A DNA stretch of 64,000 nucleotides, taken from the NCBI GenBank assembly GCA_965209105.1, contig CBDBQB010000033.1:6805-70804 (forward strand). Reading direction: 5' to 3'. The notes beneath the pieces were generated by a model that did no database searches, had not been told where the DNA came from, and saw only the letters and a program-made list of their open reading frames with translations. The stretch's first letter is position 1, and every line of letters begins with the position of its first letter. Positions 1 to 11,009 of the stretch are shown one piece after another. The position numbers and the translations under genes were made by a program. This stretch comes from Candidatus Poriferihabitaceae bacterium. GTDB taxonomy: Bacteria; Pseudomonadota; Gammaproteobacteria; Arenicellales; Poriferihabitantaceae.

Positions 1-518
1 CAATTGACGACATCTTACAGAGATGCGATGCTGAAATACATCTGACGCATGCCGAAGCTAAGCATTGGGGCAGTACTCAATTCAAATCCAGTCTTCATTA
101 TGGGGGCGACCAATTAAGACTTGGCGACACCAATATTGAGATATTACATACGCCCGGACATACACCCGGCTCTGCCTGCTATAAAGCAGGGGATCAACTG
201 ATTACCGGCGATACCATGTTCGTGTTTGGCTGTGGTCGCTGTGATATGACGGGGGGCGATCCCAATGTGATGTTCGAGACACTGAATAAAATTAAACGCA
301 ATCTTCCGGGCGACACCGAGATATTACCCGGCCATAACTATGCCGTTAAACCCACTGCGAGCTTAGATGAACAAATCGAAGGTAATCCCTTTATGCATTT
401 TGATCAAGCGGAAGATTTTGTGAAGTTCAGAATGCAACTACACGGCAAGCTTAGGCAATCGCCCTACGACGCAATCAGTCATCAATGCGCACATGATTGG
501 ATGGAACAACATTCATAA
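1..518 (+). CDS. MBL-fold metallo-hydrolase (glyoxalase II-like), 5' end cut by window edge
   Basis: Frame is open from nt 3 to the stop at 516-518. Translation contains ILHTPGHTPGS, ITGDTMF..GCGR and LPGHNY, typical metal-ligand motifs of the beta-lactamase fold. Listed ORF 216..518 is only the C-terminal part. Confidence 0.7.
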   Translation, partial: IDDILQRCDAEIHLTHAEAKHWGSTQFKSSLHYGGDQLRLGDTNIEILHTPGHTPGSACYKAGDQLITGDTMFVFGCGRCDMTGGDPNVMFETLNKIKRNLPGDTEILPGHNYAVKPTASLDEQIEGNPFMHFDQAEDFVKFRMQLHGKLRQSPYDAISHQCAHDWMEQHS

Positions 519-672
519 GTCGTTGCGCAATGTTTTGAGCAAAAGATTGGAACCGATTAATTTTTTTATTTTATGCTTTGGTGATGTTGAGATCATAAGA
601 TAAAAGATGCCCGCAGTCTGCGTGGCATGCAGAGGATAAATCACACTACGAGCATCTCCATCTCAATGACGT

Positions 673-1884
673 TTAGTCAGCCTGTTGATTACGGATAAAC
701 GCAGGCACATCTAAATCGGCATAGTCAATTTGACCACCGCCTGACACACGCGCACCGCCGTCAAAGTTTCCACGCGAAGGCGACGCGGGGGGTACAAACC
801 CCCCTCGACGGTCTTCTGACTGACCGACTTGTGGATGATTAAAATCAGGTTTTGATGTATTGCGAACTTCGCCGATCGCTGGTTTAGGCGATTCGATTTT
901 CTGCGGTGTTTCCTGAACTGCTTGGGCACCTTCACCCAGTCCGGTCGCAACCATTGTTACGCGCAGCTCACCCTGCATAGACGGATCAACGGCTGAGCCA
1001 ATCACCACTACCGCATTTTCACCGGCAAACTCATGCATCATATCGCCAATTTTTGAGAACTCACCAATCGTCAAATCAGGGCCAGCCGTGATGTTCACTA
1101 ACAAGCCCTTGGCACCATGTATGTCGGTATCTTCAAGCAGCGGGCTAGAAATGGCCTTTTCCGCAGCCTCTAGCGCTCGGTTTGCACCAATCGCCGTTGC
1201 TGAGCCCATCATCGCCATCCCCATCGCCGACATGACGGTTCTAACATCCGCAAAATCAACGTTAATCATGCCGGGTCGCGTAATCAGTTCTGAAATACCC
1301 TGTACCGCGTTTTGCAGAACTTGATTGGCCTCAGAAAACGCGTCTATCATCGTTGCATCACCACCCATATGCTCGAGTACGCGTTGGTTCGGGATGGTAA
1401 TTAAAGAGTCGACATGCTCTTTTAATTCTTCGAGACCTTGCTCAGCGAGCATCATGCGTCGTTTGCCTTCAAACTTAAACGGCTTGGTCACGACCGCAAC
1501 CGTCAGTATACCTTTTTCACGGGCAAGCTCTGCGACCACGGGGGCTGCCCCGGTGCCGGTTCCGCCACCCATGCCTGCGGTGATAAAAATCATATCCGCA
1601 CCATCAATTGCTTCGGCGATGCGATCGCGATCTTCCATCGCTGCCTGACGCCCAATCTCTGGGCTCGCACCCGCGCCCAAGCCCTTGGTTAAGGATTCAC
1701 CCAACTGTAAGGTGGTATGCGCCAGGGATGTACCGAGTACCTGCGCATCGGTATTGGCGTTGATAAAATCAACCCCGTCGATGGCGGTCTTCATCATATG
1801 GTCGACGGCATTTCCTCCTCCACCACCGACCCCTATCACTTTAATAACGGCTTGTGAGCCGACCGAATCTACTAGTTCAAACAT
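673..1884 (-). CDS. ftsZ: cell division GTPase FtsZ
   Basis: VIGVGGGGGNAV and AGMGGGTGTGAAP tubulin-signature motifs; last gene of the dcw cluster after ftsA. Confidence 0.97.
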   Translation of the reverse strand: MFELVDSVGSQAVIKVIGVGGGGGNAVDHMMKTAIDGVDFINANTDAQVLGTSLAHTTLQLGESLTKGLGAGASPEIGRQAAMEDRDRIAEAIDGADMIFITAGMGGGTGTGAAPVVAELAREKGILTVAVVTKPFKFEGKRRMMLAEQGLEELKEHVDSLITIPNQRVLEHMGGDATMIDAFSEANQVLQNAVQGISELITRPGMINVDFADVRTVMSAMGMAMMGSATAIGANRALEAAEKAISSPLLEDTDIHGAKGLLVNITAGPDLTIGEFSKIGDMMHEFAGENAVVVIGSAVDPSMQGELRVTMVATGLGEGAQAVQETPQKIESPKPAIGEVRNTSKPDFNHPQVGQSEDRRGGFVPPASPSRGNFDGGARVSGGGQIDYADLDVPAFIRNQQAD

Positions 1885-1939
1885 GTTGTACCTCTGCTAA
1901 TGCCACTAAAAAAGAAACTCATTGTTTTAAAATGAATCA

Positions 1940-3172
1940 TTAAAAACTGCCCTTAAACCAACCTTTCATCCTTGCAAGCACCTCGCTAAAGCTGCTTGAT
2001 TTCTTGCTACGTTGTTTGGCTCGTCCAATACCCTTATGGCCAAACTTTACCAATCCCGTGCCAGTGGCATAGATTGGATTTAATACCATTTCGCTTAAAC
2101 TACCCTCGTAATTGGGCAGGCCTAAGCGAACCGGCATGTGAAAGACTTCTTCCGCTAATTCAACTGCGGCTTCTATTTTTGAACTACCGCCTGTAATGAC
2201 AACTGAGGTCACGACCTCCTCAAATCCACTGCGTCTAAGTTCGCCCTGCGCAAGCACAAAAATCTCCTCCATGCGCGGCTCAATCACTTCAGCCAAATTG
2301 TGCCGTAATAGTTTTCGGCTCGGCTTGCCGCCAATACTCGGGGCATCGATACTCTCTGATTCACCCACCTGACTGGCCAAAGCACAGCCATATTGTTTTT
2401 TAAGATCTTCCGCCGCGCTGGTCGGAGTTTGAATCGCAATAGCGATATCGTTGGTTACCTGATCGCCCGCAATCGGAATCACCGCGGTGTGTTTGATTGT
2501 GCCATTTTGAAATATCGCGATATCTGTGGTACCGCCCCCAATATCCACCATACATACACCGAGATTTCGCTCATCGTCGCTTAAGACCGACTCGCTTGAA
2601 GCAAGTTGCTCTAGAATAATGTCGTCCACTTCAAGCCCGCAACGTTTGACACACTTCACAATATTTTGCGCTGCGCTTACCGCGCCGGTAATTAAGTGCA
2701 CCTTGGCTTCAAGTCGAACGCCGCACATCCCTAGCGGTTGCTGTATTTCGTCTTGCCCATCAATCACGTATTCTTGTGGCAACACATGCAAAATGCGTTG
2801 ATCGTTTGGAATTGCCATCGCTTGGGCTGCTTCGATGACGCGACCCACGTCACTTTGCGTCACTTCCCCGTCGCTGATTGCCACCACACCGTGAGAGTTA
2901 AAACTATTTATGTGGGCACCCGCGATGCCAACATACACCGAGAATATTTGACAGCCCGCCATCAACTCCGCTTCTTCTATCGCGCGTTGAATGGATGAAA
3001 CCGTGGATTCGATATCTGCCACCACGCCACGGCGCAAGCCTTTAGCAGGATGATGCCCGACACCAATTATTTCTAACTGCGACTCATTGTTAATTTCCGC
3101 CACGATGGCAAGCACTTTTGATGTGCCTATATCTAGACCAACGATCAAGTTATTGTCAGTTTTTTTAACCAT
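1940..3172 (-). CDS. ftsA: cell division protein FtsA
   Basis: Actin-like ATPase motifs (GLDIGTSKV, DIGGGTTD); located between ftsQ and ftsZ. Confidence 0.95.
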   Translation of the reverse strand: MVKKTDNNLIVGLDIGTSKVLAIVAEINNESQLEIIGVGHHPAKGLRRGVVADIESTVSSIQRAIEEAELMAGCQIFSVYVGIAGAHINSFNSHGVVAISDGEVTQSDVGRVIEAAQAMAIPNDQRILHVLPQEYVIDGQDEIQQPLGMCGVRLEAKVHLITGAVSAAQNIVKCVKRCGLEVDDIILEQLASSESVLSDDERNLGVCMVDIGGGTTDIAIFQNGTIKHTAVIPIAGDQVTNDIAIAIQTPTSAAEDLKKQYGCALASQVGESESIDAPSIGGKPSRKLLRHNLAEVIEPRMEEIFVLAQGELRRSGFEEVVTSVVITGGSSKIEAAVELAEEVFHMPVRLGLPNYEGSLSEMVLNPIYATGTGLVKFGHKGIGRAKQRSKKSSSFSEVLARMKGWFKGSF

Positions 3173-3190
3173 GCTTATCTCTTAAGGCCA

Positions 3191-3985
3191 TTAATTGGTG
3201 ACTTGTGCCAGTTTATCTGGCGGGTGATGGGAAACCGAAAACCCATGGGGATAACGTAGATCGACCTTCTTGATATAACTCGGCTGGGCGATCATCTCCT
3301 GACGATAGCTCGAAACAAAAGCCCGCATTTGTTGATCTGCATTACTTTCAAGCAACACCAATTCAATTCCGCCTAAACGCTGATTGCCTTGCACTGCGCG
3401 TTCAAGCTTTAAGGTATATAAATGCTGATCGCTCAAGCGCATATTGCGTAAACGCAGGCCAAGGCTGGCGAGCTTTTTCGTCCAATCCTGATATTTTTTC
3501 CAAACCAGCTCTACTTGATCATCAGGGCCTTCGAGCTGTGGCAACACAATGTTTTTTGGCAGGGGTAAAGTAACGAGTTTGCCGCTGGTCGTTAGCCACC
3601 GCTCCTTTCCCCACAGGGCAATAGGTTGATACTCTTCAATGTTGATCATCAATGTATCTGGCCATTGACGCCTAAGGCGCGCGGTTTCTACCCACGACAA
3701 TTCATTTAGGACTTTCAGCAGTCGATGTGAATCTAAGGAAAAATAGTTGCCGTCAATTAAGCTTGAGACGGAATCAGTCAAAGACGCTCTATCGACATGC
3801 GCTGCGTCTCCGGTCAGTGTAATCTTTGTAATATTGAAGTGATTCGGGTTATATAAATAATCCGTCATTAAAGTAAGCAACAAGCTTATACACGCGAGTA
3901 TGCTGGTGATCACAAGCACCAGTTTGAGCCTTGGACTCAGTCCTTCATTGCTGGCGCTCATATTGGGATGCCGTCCTTTAGTCAT
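3191..3985 (-). CDS. ftsQ: cell division protein FtsQ
   Basis: Single N-terminal TM segment followed by a POTRA/FtsQ-type periplasmic domain; dcw position. Start placed at ATG 3985 (MTKGRHP), overlapping the murB stop by 8 nt. The ORF can extend to 4063. Confidence 0.85.
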   Translation of the reverse strand: MTKGRHPNMSASNEGLSPRLKLVLVITSILACISLLLTLMTDYLYNPNHFNITKITLTGDAAHVDRASLTDSVSSLIDGNYFSLDSHRLLKVLNELSWVETARLRRQWPDTLMINIEEYQPIALWGKERWLTTSGKLVTLPLPKNIVLPQLEGPDDQVELVWKKYQDWTKKLASLGLRLRNMRLSDQHLYTLKLERAVQGNQRLGGIELVLLESNADQQMRAFVSSYRQEMIAQPSYIKKVDLRYPHGFSVSHHPPDKLAQVTN

Positions 3986-4922
3986 GCTTATTCTCCGCAC
4001 TGCCAGGACTTTGTTGACCCACAATGCGAACTTCTGGCTCCAATTTGACGCCAAAGCGATCAAACACTGTAGTTTTAGCCAACTCGATTAACGCCTCGAT
4101 ATCCGCCGCCGTCGCCGAACCTTCATTTAAGATAAAGTTTGCATGCTTGTGAGAAATAATGGCCCCACCCATACGCTGGCCTTTCATTCCAGCTTCTTCC
4201 AGCAAACGCGCAGCATAGTCCTCGGGTGGGTTTTTAAACACCGATCCGGCATTCGCGCTCTGCACGGGTTGTGACAAACTTCGCGTTTTGAGTAACTCGC
4301 GTATACGACGCGCCAAATCTAAACCCTGAATTGGATTAACTTGGATTTCAGCGCCGAGTACCCAGTGTTCTGCGGGGAGTTCGACATGGCGATAGTCATG
4401 CACAATATCTTTTTTATCAATCCACTGTAAATTGCCATCCCGATCCAGACATTCAATTCGCTTAATTAACGACCATGTGTCACCACCGAAAGCCCCCGCA
4501 TTCATCGCGACGGCCCCGCCGAAAGTACCCGGAATACCGGCTAGAAACTCCGCACCCTCGAGCCCGTTTCTCGCACAGTATTTTGCAATTTTAGCGCTGG
4601 TCACGCCCGCTTGGACGTAGACCACATCGTCGCTGACTTTCTCAAGTTTTCCCAGCCCTTTTAGGGTGCACACCACCATTCCAGTGATACCCGCATCTCG
4701 AACCAGTAAGTTACTGCCCAGACCAAACCAAAATACTGGCACATTGCCTGGCAACTGGCACATCAACTGCACCAAGGAAGATTTACTGTTTGGCACGAAG
4801 TACATCTCGGCTGCACCACCCACCCGCCAAGAGGTGTGTTTAGACATCGGCTCGTCATAGCGGATTGATCGCTCCAATCCCTCTAAATGGCTACTCAACG
4901 GTCGTTGCATCACGGCGTACAT
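3978..4922 (-). CDS. murB: UDP-N-acetylenolpyruvoylglucosamine reductase MurB
   Basis: FAD-binding MurB sequence (HTSWRVGGAAEMYF, GLGSNLLVRD, SAGSVFKNP). Start chosen at ATG 4922, preceded by GGAGGG. The longer ORF to 4979 overlaps murC. Confidence 0.9.
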   Translation of the reverse strand: MYAVMQRPLSSHLEGLERSIRYDEPMSKHTSWRVGGAAEMYFVPNSKSSLVQLMCQLPGNVPVFWFGLGSNLLVRDAGITGMVVCTLKGLGKLEKVSDDVVYVQAGVTSAKIAKYCARNGLEGAEFLAGIPGTFGGAVAMNAGAFGGDTWSLIKRIECLDRDGNLQWIDKKDIVHDYRHVELPAEHWVLGAEIQVNPIQGLDLARRIRELLKTRSLSQPVQSANAGSVFKNPPEDYAARLLEEAGMKGQRMGGAIISHKHANFILNEGSATAADIEALIELAKTTVFDRFGVKLEPEVRIVGQQSPGSAENKHD

Positions 4923-6304
4923 ATTCCCTCCTTCGCTAACGTTTGAGCGAATCGGCCAATGTCGCCAGCCCCCAAACACAACAAAACATCCTTATCTTGT
5001 AGCTGATGCAATAGCACTGTACCCGCTTGATCAATCTCCTGAATAAAAACAACTTCACCACCCAGCGCTCGTATCGCATTGGCCAGCGCCCGCCCATCTG
5101 CGGTTTCAATGGGTGTTTCGCCTGCGGCATAAACTTCTAGTAACAGCAAATTGGCCTGCGTACTTAACACCCGCGCGAAGTCATCCAGCAAAGCTTGAGT
5201 TCGGCTATATCGATGCGGCTGGAATAAGCAAACGATCCGCCTGCCCGGCCAAGCCGCTTTACTTGCGGCAAGGGTCATCGCCAACTCGCTGGGATGATGC
5301 GCATAATCATCGATCAATAGGACCGACCCGCCTTTGGGTAGTTTCATCTCGCCGATTTGCTCGAAGCGCCGGCCAATACCCGTAAATTCTTGCAAGGCGC
5401 GGCGCACATCAGCGTCTTTCAATCCCAACTGGGTTGCAATAGATATGGCGGCCAAGGCATTTTGTACATTATGGACACCCGGCATAGCCAATATAAAATT
5501 TCCCGCGGGCTTGCCGTAGCGAAGCAATTCAAAGTGTGTGTTCAAGCCCTCTTGCTTTATTTTCCTTGCCTGGATATCCACGCCATCACGCAGGCCGTAA
5601 CTCATTACTTTACGATTGATTTGGCTCGCCAATTCACGTACGACAGGATCGTCAAAACACAGTATTGCCAAACCATAAAAAGGCAATTTATGTACAAATT
5701 GGACAAAGGTTTGTTTGAGCTTATCGAAGCTATTGTCATAGGTTTCCATATGATCGGCATCGATATTGGTGATCACTGAAATCATTGGGGTCAGCTGTAA
5801 AAATGAGGCATCACTTTCATCCGCTTCCGCCACCAATAGCTCGCCTGAACCCAGTCGTGCGTTAGACGCTTCACTATTGACAATCCCTCCGATCACAAAG
5901 GTGGGGTCTAAGCCCGCGGCGATCAACACTGCTGAAACCAAGCTTGTGGTGGTGGTCTTGCCATGGGTGCCTGCAATGGCAATGCCTTGTTTAAAACGCA
6001 TCAGCTCTGCAAGCATTTCAGCCCGCGGCACCACTGGAATATTTTTCGCTCTTGCTTCGAGCACTTCTGGGTTATCGTCCGCCACCGCGCTGGACACCAC
6101 CACCACATCAGCGCCTCGAATATTTTCTGCAGCATGACCGATATGTGTAGTCGCCCCTTTGTTCGCCAGACGCTGTAGGACGACGCTGTCGTTAAGGTCC
6201 GAGCCCGATATTTTGTAGCCCTGCTCTAATAATACTTCAGCGATCCCACTCATGCCGATCCCACCGAGGCCAACGAAATGCACGTGCTTAACAAATTCAC
6301 GCAT
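4910..6304 (-). CDS. murC: UDP-N-acetylmuramate--L-alanine ligase MurC
   Basis: Mur ligase with FVGLGGIGMSGIAEVL N-terminus and GTHGKTTTT P-loop; dcw position. Confidence 0.95.
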   Translation of the reverse strand: MREFVKHVHFVGLGGIGMSGIAEVLLEQGYKISGSDLNDSVVLQRLANKGATTHIGHAAENIRGADVVVVSSAVADDNPEVLEARAKNIPVVPRAEMLAELMRFKQGIAIAGTHGKTTTTSLVSAVLIAAGLDPTFVIGGIVNSEASNARLGSGELLVAEADESDASFLQLTPMISVITNIDADHMETYDNSFDKLKQTFVQFVHKLPFYGLAILCFDDPVVRELASQINRKVMSYGLRDGVDIQARKIKQEGLNTHFELLRYGKPAGNFILAMPGVHNVQNALAAISIATQLGLKDADVRRALQEFTGIGRRFEQIGEMKLPKGGSVLLIDDYAHHPSELAMTLAASKAAWPGRRIVCLFQPHRYSRTQALLDDFARVLSTQANLLLLEVYAAGETPIETADGRALANAIRALGGEVVFIQEIDQAGTVLLHQLQDKDVLLCLGAGDIGRFAQTLAKEGICTP

Positions 6305-7391
6305 TCATCACCTCCATGCAAATATCGGCAAGATCTTGAGTAGCATTTGGTCGAGCAAAACTACGTGCTTTTTCCGCCATCTCGATTAGGCGTACGCGAT
6401 CTTTGGCAAGGTCGGCGACCTCGCCAATCCACTCGCCTTCGACAAAATTGGTTTGTCGTAAGCTGATCGCCGCCCCTGTCTTCGAAAGAGATTGCGCATT
6501 GAAATATTGATGATCGTCAATCGCATAAGGGAACGGGACGAATAAGGCGACCGCGCCCGCAGCAGAAATTTCTGAAACCGTCATTGCACCAGAACGGCAA
6601 ATAACAATGTCTGACCAATGGTAAGCCGCCGCCATATCAGCAATAAACGTTTCCACCTTAACTGCATCGGCTGATGCAAACACTTCTGCGTAACGTTTGC
6701 TTACCTCAGCTTGCTGGTCTTTCCCGCATTGATGACGAACTTTCAATGTGACCGAACCAGCCAACTCAGATTGAAGTTGATTCAGTAGCGCTGGCAATTC
6801 TTCGTTAAATACCCGCGCGCCCTGGCTACCACCGACGATCAAGACATTTAGCTCGCCTGCTCTACCCGACAAGCGCTCTGCCGGCGCAGCAAGTTCAACA
6901 ATTTCTGGCTTAACTGGATTCCCAATATGTTCACCACGGGGCAAGGCCGACACCGCATTAAAGCCCGTTAATATCCGTCGAGCAAATGGCGCGAGCAGTT
7001 TATTCGTGGTACCCGCAATGGCGTTTTGTTCGTGCAAAACCAATGGCTTTCTCAGCAAGCGACCCACTACGCCGCCGGGGCCTGAAACAAATCCGCCCAT
7101 GCCCAGTATGGCATTTGCCTTGGATGACAACACGATCGATATGGATTGTACGGCTGCGCGAATTAGCAGCCATGGCGCGACCAGCTTGCGAACCAAACCG
7201 CTACCCCGCACACCTTTAACCTTTAACAACTTTAATTCAAAACCTGCTTTAGGGACGAGGTCATATTCGATTCCTTGGCGCGTACCCATCCAAACAATAC
7301 GAACCCCCCGATCGCGTAGATTATCGGCAACCGCTAAGGCAGGCATCACATGCCCACCCGTTCCACCCGCCATGATCAGCAAGGTCTTCAC
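6297..7391 (-). CDS. murG: undecaprenyldiphospho-muramoylpentapeptide beta-N-acetylglucosaminyltransferase MurG
   Basis: LIMAGGTGGHVMPALAVA motif. Start proposed at GTG 7391, which overlaps the ftsW TGA (GTGA). The listed 452-aa ORF (to 7655) runs into ftsW and is too long for MurG. Confidence 0.9.
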   Translation of the reverse strand: MKTLLIMAGGTGGHVMPALAVADNLRDRGVRIVWMGTRQGIEYDLVPKAGFELKLLKVKGVRGSGLVRKLVAPWLLIRAAVQSISIVLSSKANAILGMGGFVSGPGGVVGRLLRKPLVLHEQNAIAGTTNKLLAPFARRILTGFNAVSALPRGEHIGNPVKPEIVELAAPAERLSGRAGELNVLIVGGSQGARVFNEELPALLNQLQSELAGSVTLKVRHQCGKDQQAEVSKRYAEVFASADAVKVETFIADMAAAYHWSDIVICRSGAMTVSEISAAGAVALFVPFPYAIDDHQYFNAQSLSKTGAAISLRQTNFVEGEWIGEVADLAKDRVRLIEMAEKARSFARPNATQDLADICMEVMNA

Positions 7392-8554
7392 GATCTTGAC
7401 CTCCGGCTGGGTTTGGCGCGACTGTTTCGATCTATCGCAAACAAAAGCCCAACCGCGACAAAACTCACAATCATGCTTGAGCCACCTGCGCTCATTAGCG
7501 GCAACGTCAATCCCTTGGTCGGTAAAATTCCCGTATTCACGCCAATATGAATGCCAGCGTTTGTGACAAACAACAAGCCGATACCATAGGCCAGATATGC
7601 CGCAAACCGCTGACCAAGCTGTAGGGCTCTCGAGCCGATCAAAAAAGCACGCCACAAAAGAATCATGAATAAAATTATCACCACCATAACGCCCAAGGCA
7701 CCGAGTTCTTCGGCGAGAATCGCAACCAAAAAATCATTGTCGGCATGGGGTAGGTAATTGAGTTTTTGCAAACTGTTTCCAAGTCCCACACCAAACCAAC
7801 CGCCGCGCCCCACCGCCATTAAGGCCTGAGTTAATTGAAAGCCCTTGTCAAACGGATCGGCCCACGGGTCTTGATAGCTGAGCAATCGATCCATACGATA
7901 GGGTTCTAAAACCGCAATGGCTGCCAGCGCCATCAGGATGATAAAAAATACCCCGACGAAATATCCAAACCTGACGCCTGCAAGAAACATCAAACCCGCG
8001 GTCGTGACCACAATCACCACCACTGTTCCGAAATCGGGCTGCGCCAAGAGCAAGGCGCCGACCAAAATAATAGGTAGACCAAGATTCAGCACGCCAACTT
8101 TAAATAAGTGCACACTGTTTTGTTTACGCGCGTAATAATCCGCGACGTAAATCAAGCAGATAAGCTTCATCGCTTCCGCGGGTTGAACGCGAATGCCCAC
8201 CACTGACATCCAGCGTGTACTGCCATTAACTTCTATACCAATACCGGGAATCAGCAAAACGGCTAACGCCAACATTCCGATTAGCAACAACACCCGACTT
8301 GCGCTTTGCAACCATGACAAATTGAGGAATATGACGAGCGACATTAGTACGAGACCGACTACGATGTGCACACTATGTTTGAGTAAGTGGTTAGTCTTAA
8401 AAGTAATTTCCTGACCATCGCCTGCAACCCCAGCAGAAAACACCATCACCATACCAAGTAAGGCAATCGCCCCTATCGTCGCCGCCAACAGGCCATCGAA
8501 GGCCTGTTTATCAAAGGCTCTGCCCGCGTGATATCCCATACTAGAAGTCATCAT
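7388..8554 (-). CDS. ftsW: SEDS-family lipid II flippase / peptidoglycan polymerase FtsW
   Basis: Polytopic membrane protein with SEDS motifs (LPHADNDFL, LPTKGLTLPLMSAGGSS); dcw position. Confidence 0.93.
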   Translation of the reverse strand: MMTSSMGYHAGRAFDKQAFDGLLAATIGAIALLGMVMVFSAGVAGDGQEITFKTNHLLKHSVHIVVGLVLMSLVIFLNLSWLQSASRVLLLIGMLALAVLLIPGIGIEVNGSTRWMSVVGIRVQPAEAMKLICLIYVADYYARKQNSVHLFKVGVLNLGLPIILVGALLLAQPDFGTVVVIVVTTAGLMFLAGVRFGYFVGVFFIILMALAAIAVLEPYRMDRLLSYQDPWADPFDKGFQLTQALMAVGRGGWFGVGLGNSLQKLNYLPHADNDFLVAILAEELGALGVMVVIILFMILLWRAFLIGSRALQLGQRFAAYLAYGIGLLFVTNAGIHIGVNTGILPTKGLTLPLMSAGGSSMIVSFVAVGLLFAIDRNSRAKPSRRSRS

Positions 8555-9924
8555 GCGTCTCCCTCAGCAAGCACATACTCATTTACTAATGCCCGAAAAT
8601 CATCGCCGCGCTCAAGATAGTTTGAATACATGTCAAAACTCGCGCAAGCCGGAGAGAGCAGTACCACGTCACCTTTTTTCGCTTTCTTTTTGGCGAGTAA
8701 AACCGCCGCTTCTAGCGATTCGACCTCAGTGAATGAAACCTTACCGTCGAAAACTGATGCGATTTTTCCCGCGTCTTCTCCCATCAATATAAGGTGCCGG
8801 ATACCCTTGTCCATGACGGGCAGCAATGCAGATAGATCAGCGTTTTTACTTTGGCCGCCCATAATCATGATCTTCGGTTGGGTAAACCCTGATATCGCTG
8901 CTAGCGTTGCACCCACGTTGGTGCCTTTGGAATCATTGACCCACATCACGCCATCGCGCTCGCCAATTTGCTCGCAGCGGTGCGGCAAGCCTTCAAAATC
9001 ACAAGCTGCTTTAATCATCGCTGCGTTGATCGACAAGCCAAACTGCTGCACGATGGCGAAGCTTGCCAGTACGTTGAGCCAATTTTGCTGGCCTTTAATG
9101 CTAAGCTTCGATGTCTCGAGTAATGTCTTGTCGCCCTGCGCCAGCCACGTCTTATCACCCTTTTTGAGCACACCAAAGGCTTGGCTATCTTCAGGCACAT
9201 TTAGGCCAAAACTGATTGAATGCGCTAGGGTGATCTGCGGAGCAGAGGGATCGTTTCGATTAATCACCTCGCCAATGGCATTTCGATATATGCGTAATTT
9301 GGCGTCAAGGTATAACTGATACGCCCCGTATCGATCCATGTGGTCTTCACTTACATTGAGCACCACTGCAACATCCGCAGCCAAGCTCGACGTTGTTTCT
9401 AACTGAAAGCTAGACAGTTCCAATACATAAACATCGGGCGTTGCTTGCGCAAATAAATCTAAAGCGGGAATACCGATATTTCCACCGAGTAAAACCGTCT
9501 TCTTGGCTGCTGTAATCAAACGCTCAACAAGCGTGGCAACCGTACTCTTCCCGTTCGAACCCGTAATCGCAATGATCGGCGCATTTGCGTATCGAACAAA
9601 TAACTCAATATCGCCGATTAACTCGGTTTGAGGCCCAATCTTATCGCGTAAATGGGTCGCTCTAATATCTACGCCCGGACTCACCACCACCATATCTGCA
9701 GTTTCAAGGGTATGTTGATCCAAGCCCCCGGTTACAATGCGCGCCTTGGGGAATAGCCGTTTTAACTCTTTCTTATTCGGCGCGGAATGTCGTGTGTCCA
9801 TCACAATCAACTCAGTGGTCGATTTTTTTAAGTATCGAATAACAGATTGTCCCGTCAAACCAAAGCCAATCACCGCAATTTTCTTATACGGGACGACAGT
9901 GCTGGGTTTTAGAATGGCTTGCAT
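8551..9924 (-). CDS. murD: UDP-N-acetylmuramoylalanine--D-glutamate ligase MurD
   Basis: Mur ligase, GSNGKST P-loop; dcw position; 4-nt overlap with ftsW. Confidence 0.95.
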   Translation of the reverse strand: MQAILKPSTVVPYKKIAVIGFGLTGQSVIRYLKKSTTELIVMDTRHSAPNKKELKRLFPKARIVTGGLDQHTLETADMVVVSPGVDIRATHLRDKIGPQTELIGDIELFVRYANAPIIAITGSNGKSTVATLVERLITAAKKTVLLGGNIGIPALDLFAQATPDVYVLELSSFQLETTSSLAADVAVVLNVSEDHMDRYGAYQLYLDAKLRIYRNAIGEVINRNDPSAPQITLAHSISFGLNVPEDSQAFGVLKKGDKTWLAQGDKTLLETSKLSIKGQQNWLNVLASFAIVQQFGLSINAAMIKAACDFEGLPHRCEQIGERDGVMWVNDSKGTNVGATLAAISGFTQPKIMIMGGQSKNADLSALLPVMDKGIRHLILMGEDAGKIASVFDGKVSFTEVESLEAAVLLAKKKAKKGDVVLLSPACASFDMYSNYLERGDDFRALVNEYVLAEGDA

Positions 9925-9926
9925 AC

Positions 9927-11009
9927 TTATCTAACCTTTAGCGTTGCAAGGCCAATAATGACCAAAATAAAGCTGATGATCCAAAATCGTACGATCACCC
10001 GCGGCTCGGGCCAGCCCTTCAATTCAAAATGATGGTGAATCGGTGCCATCTTAAAGACCCTCCGACCCACCAACTTGAAAGAAATAACTTGGATAATGAC
10101 CGACAAAGTTTCCACCACAAACAAGCCACCCATAATCATCAGGACGACTTCTTGACGGACAATAACCGCCAACACCCCGAGTGCAGCGCCCAATGATAAG
10201 GCACCGATATCACCCATAAATACCTGTGCCGGATAGGCGTTAAACCATAAAAATCCGAGACCCGCCCCCATTAGTGAGGCGCAAAAAATCATCATTTCTC
10301 CCGCACCGACCAAATACGGCACGTTTAGATACTCTGAGTAAATGGTATTACCCGACATATAGCTAAAGATCCCTAAGCCCCCCGCGACCATGACCACCGG
10401 CAATATCGCCAGACCATCCAAGCCATCGGTCAAATTGACCGCATTGCTGCTTCCCACGATAACAAACCACGCCAAAGGAACAAAAACCCAACCCAGATTT
10501 ATCATCACACCCTTGAAAAAGGGCACAAATAGCTGCAGTTCAGCCGGTGCGCTTGCGCTGGCATATAGATAGTAAGCGGCAATAAATCCTGCCACCGACT
10601 GACTCAAGAACTTAGCACCGGAGCCCATGCCCTTAGGATCTTTATTGACCAGTTTTTGATAATCATCGTACCAACCGATCAAGCCAAAACTTAGCGTGAT
10701 AAACAGGGTCACCCATAAATACCGATTGCTTAAGTCCATCCACAACAAGGTTGGAATCACCACTGCAAATAAAATCAACAACCCGCCCATCGTCGGCGTA
10801 CCCACCTTTGAAAAATGCGTCGGCGGGCCATCGTCTCGTACGGTTTGACCAATCTGATATTGACTCAGTTTGCGAATCATCATCGGCCCGAACATAAAAG
10901 ACAGAGTAAGGGCCGTTAACACGCTCATAATGGCGCGAAAGCTAATATATTGAAAAACACTAAATATGCTGTAGTGCTCGGCTAGCCGTTCAAATAACCA
11001 CGTGAGCAT
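9927..11009 (-). CDS. mraY: phospho-N-acetylmuramoyl-pentapeptide transferase MraY
   Basis: Ten-TM MraY sequence ([18 protein letters not shown]). Confidence 0.96.
   Translation of the reverse strand: MLTWLFERLAEHYSIFSVFQYISFRAIMSVLTALTLSFMFGPMMIRKLSQYQIGQTVRDDGPPTHFSKVGTPTMGGLLILFAVVIPTLLWMDLSNRYLWVTLFITLSFGLIGWYDDYQKLVNKDPKGMGSGAKFLSQSVAGFIAAYYLYASASAPAELQLFVPFFKGVMINLGWVFVPLAWFVIVGSSNAVNLTDGLDGLAILPVVMVAGGLGIFSYMSGNTIYSEYLNVPYLVGAGEMMIFCASLMGAGLGFLWFNAYPAQVFMGDIGALSLGAALGVLAVIVRQEVVLMIMGGLFVVETLSVIIQVISFKLVGRRVFKMAPIHHHFELKGWPEPRVIVRFWIISFILVIIGLATLKVR

Noticed and set aside
6297-7655. The 452-aa version of the murG ORF.
   Set aside because: The extra about 88 N-terminal residues overlap ftsW and have no MurG similarity. 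A GTG at 7391 gives a normal-length MurG with a GTGA overlap.
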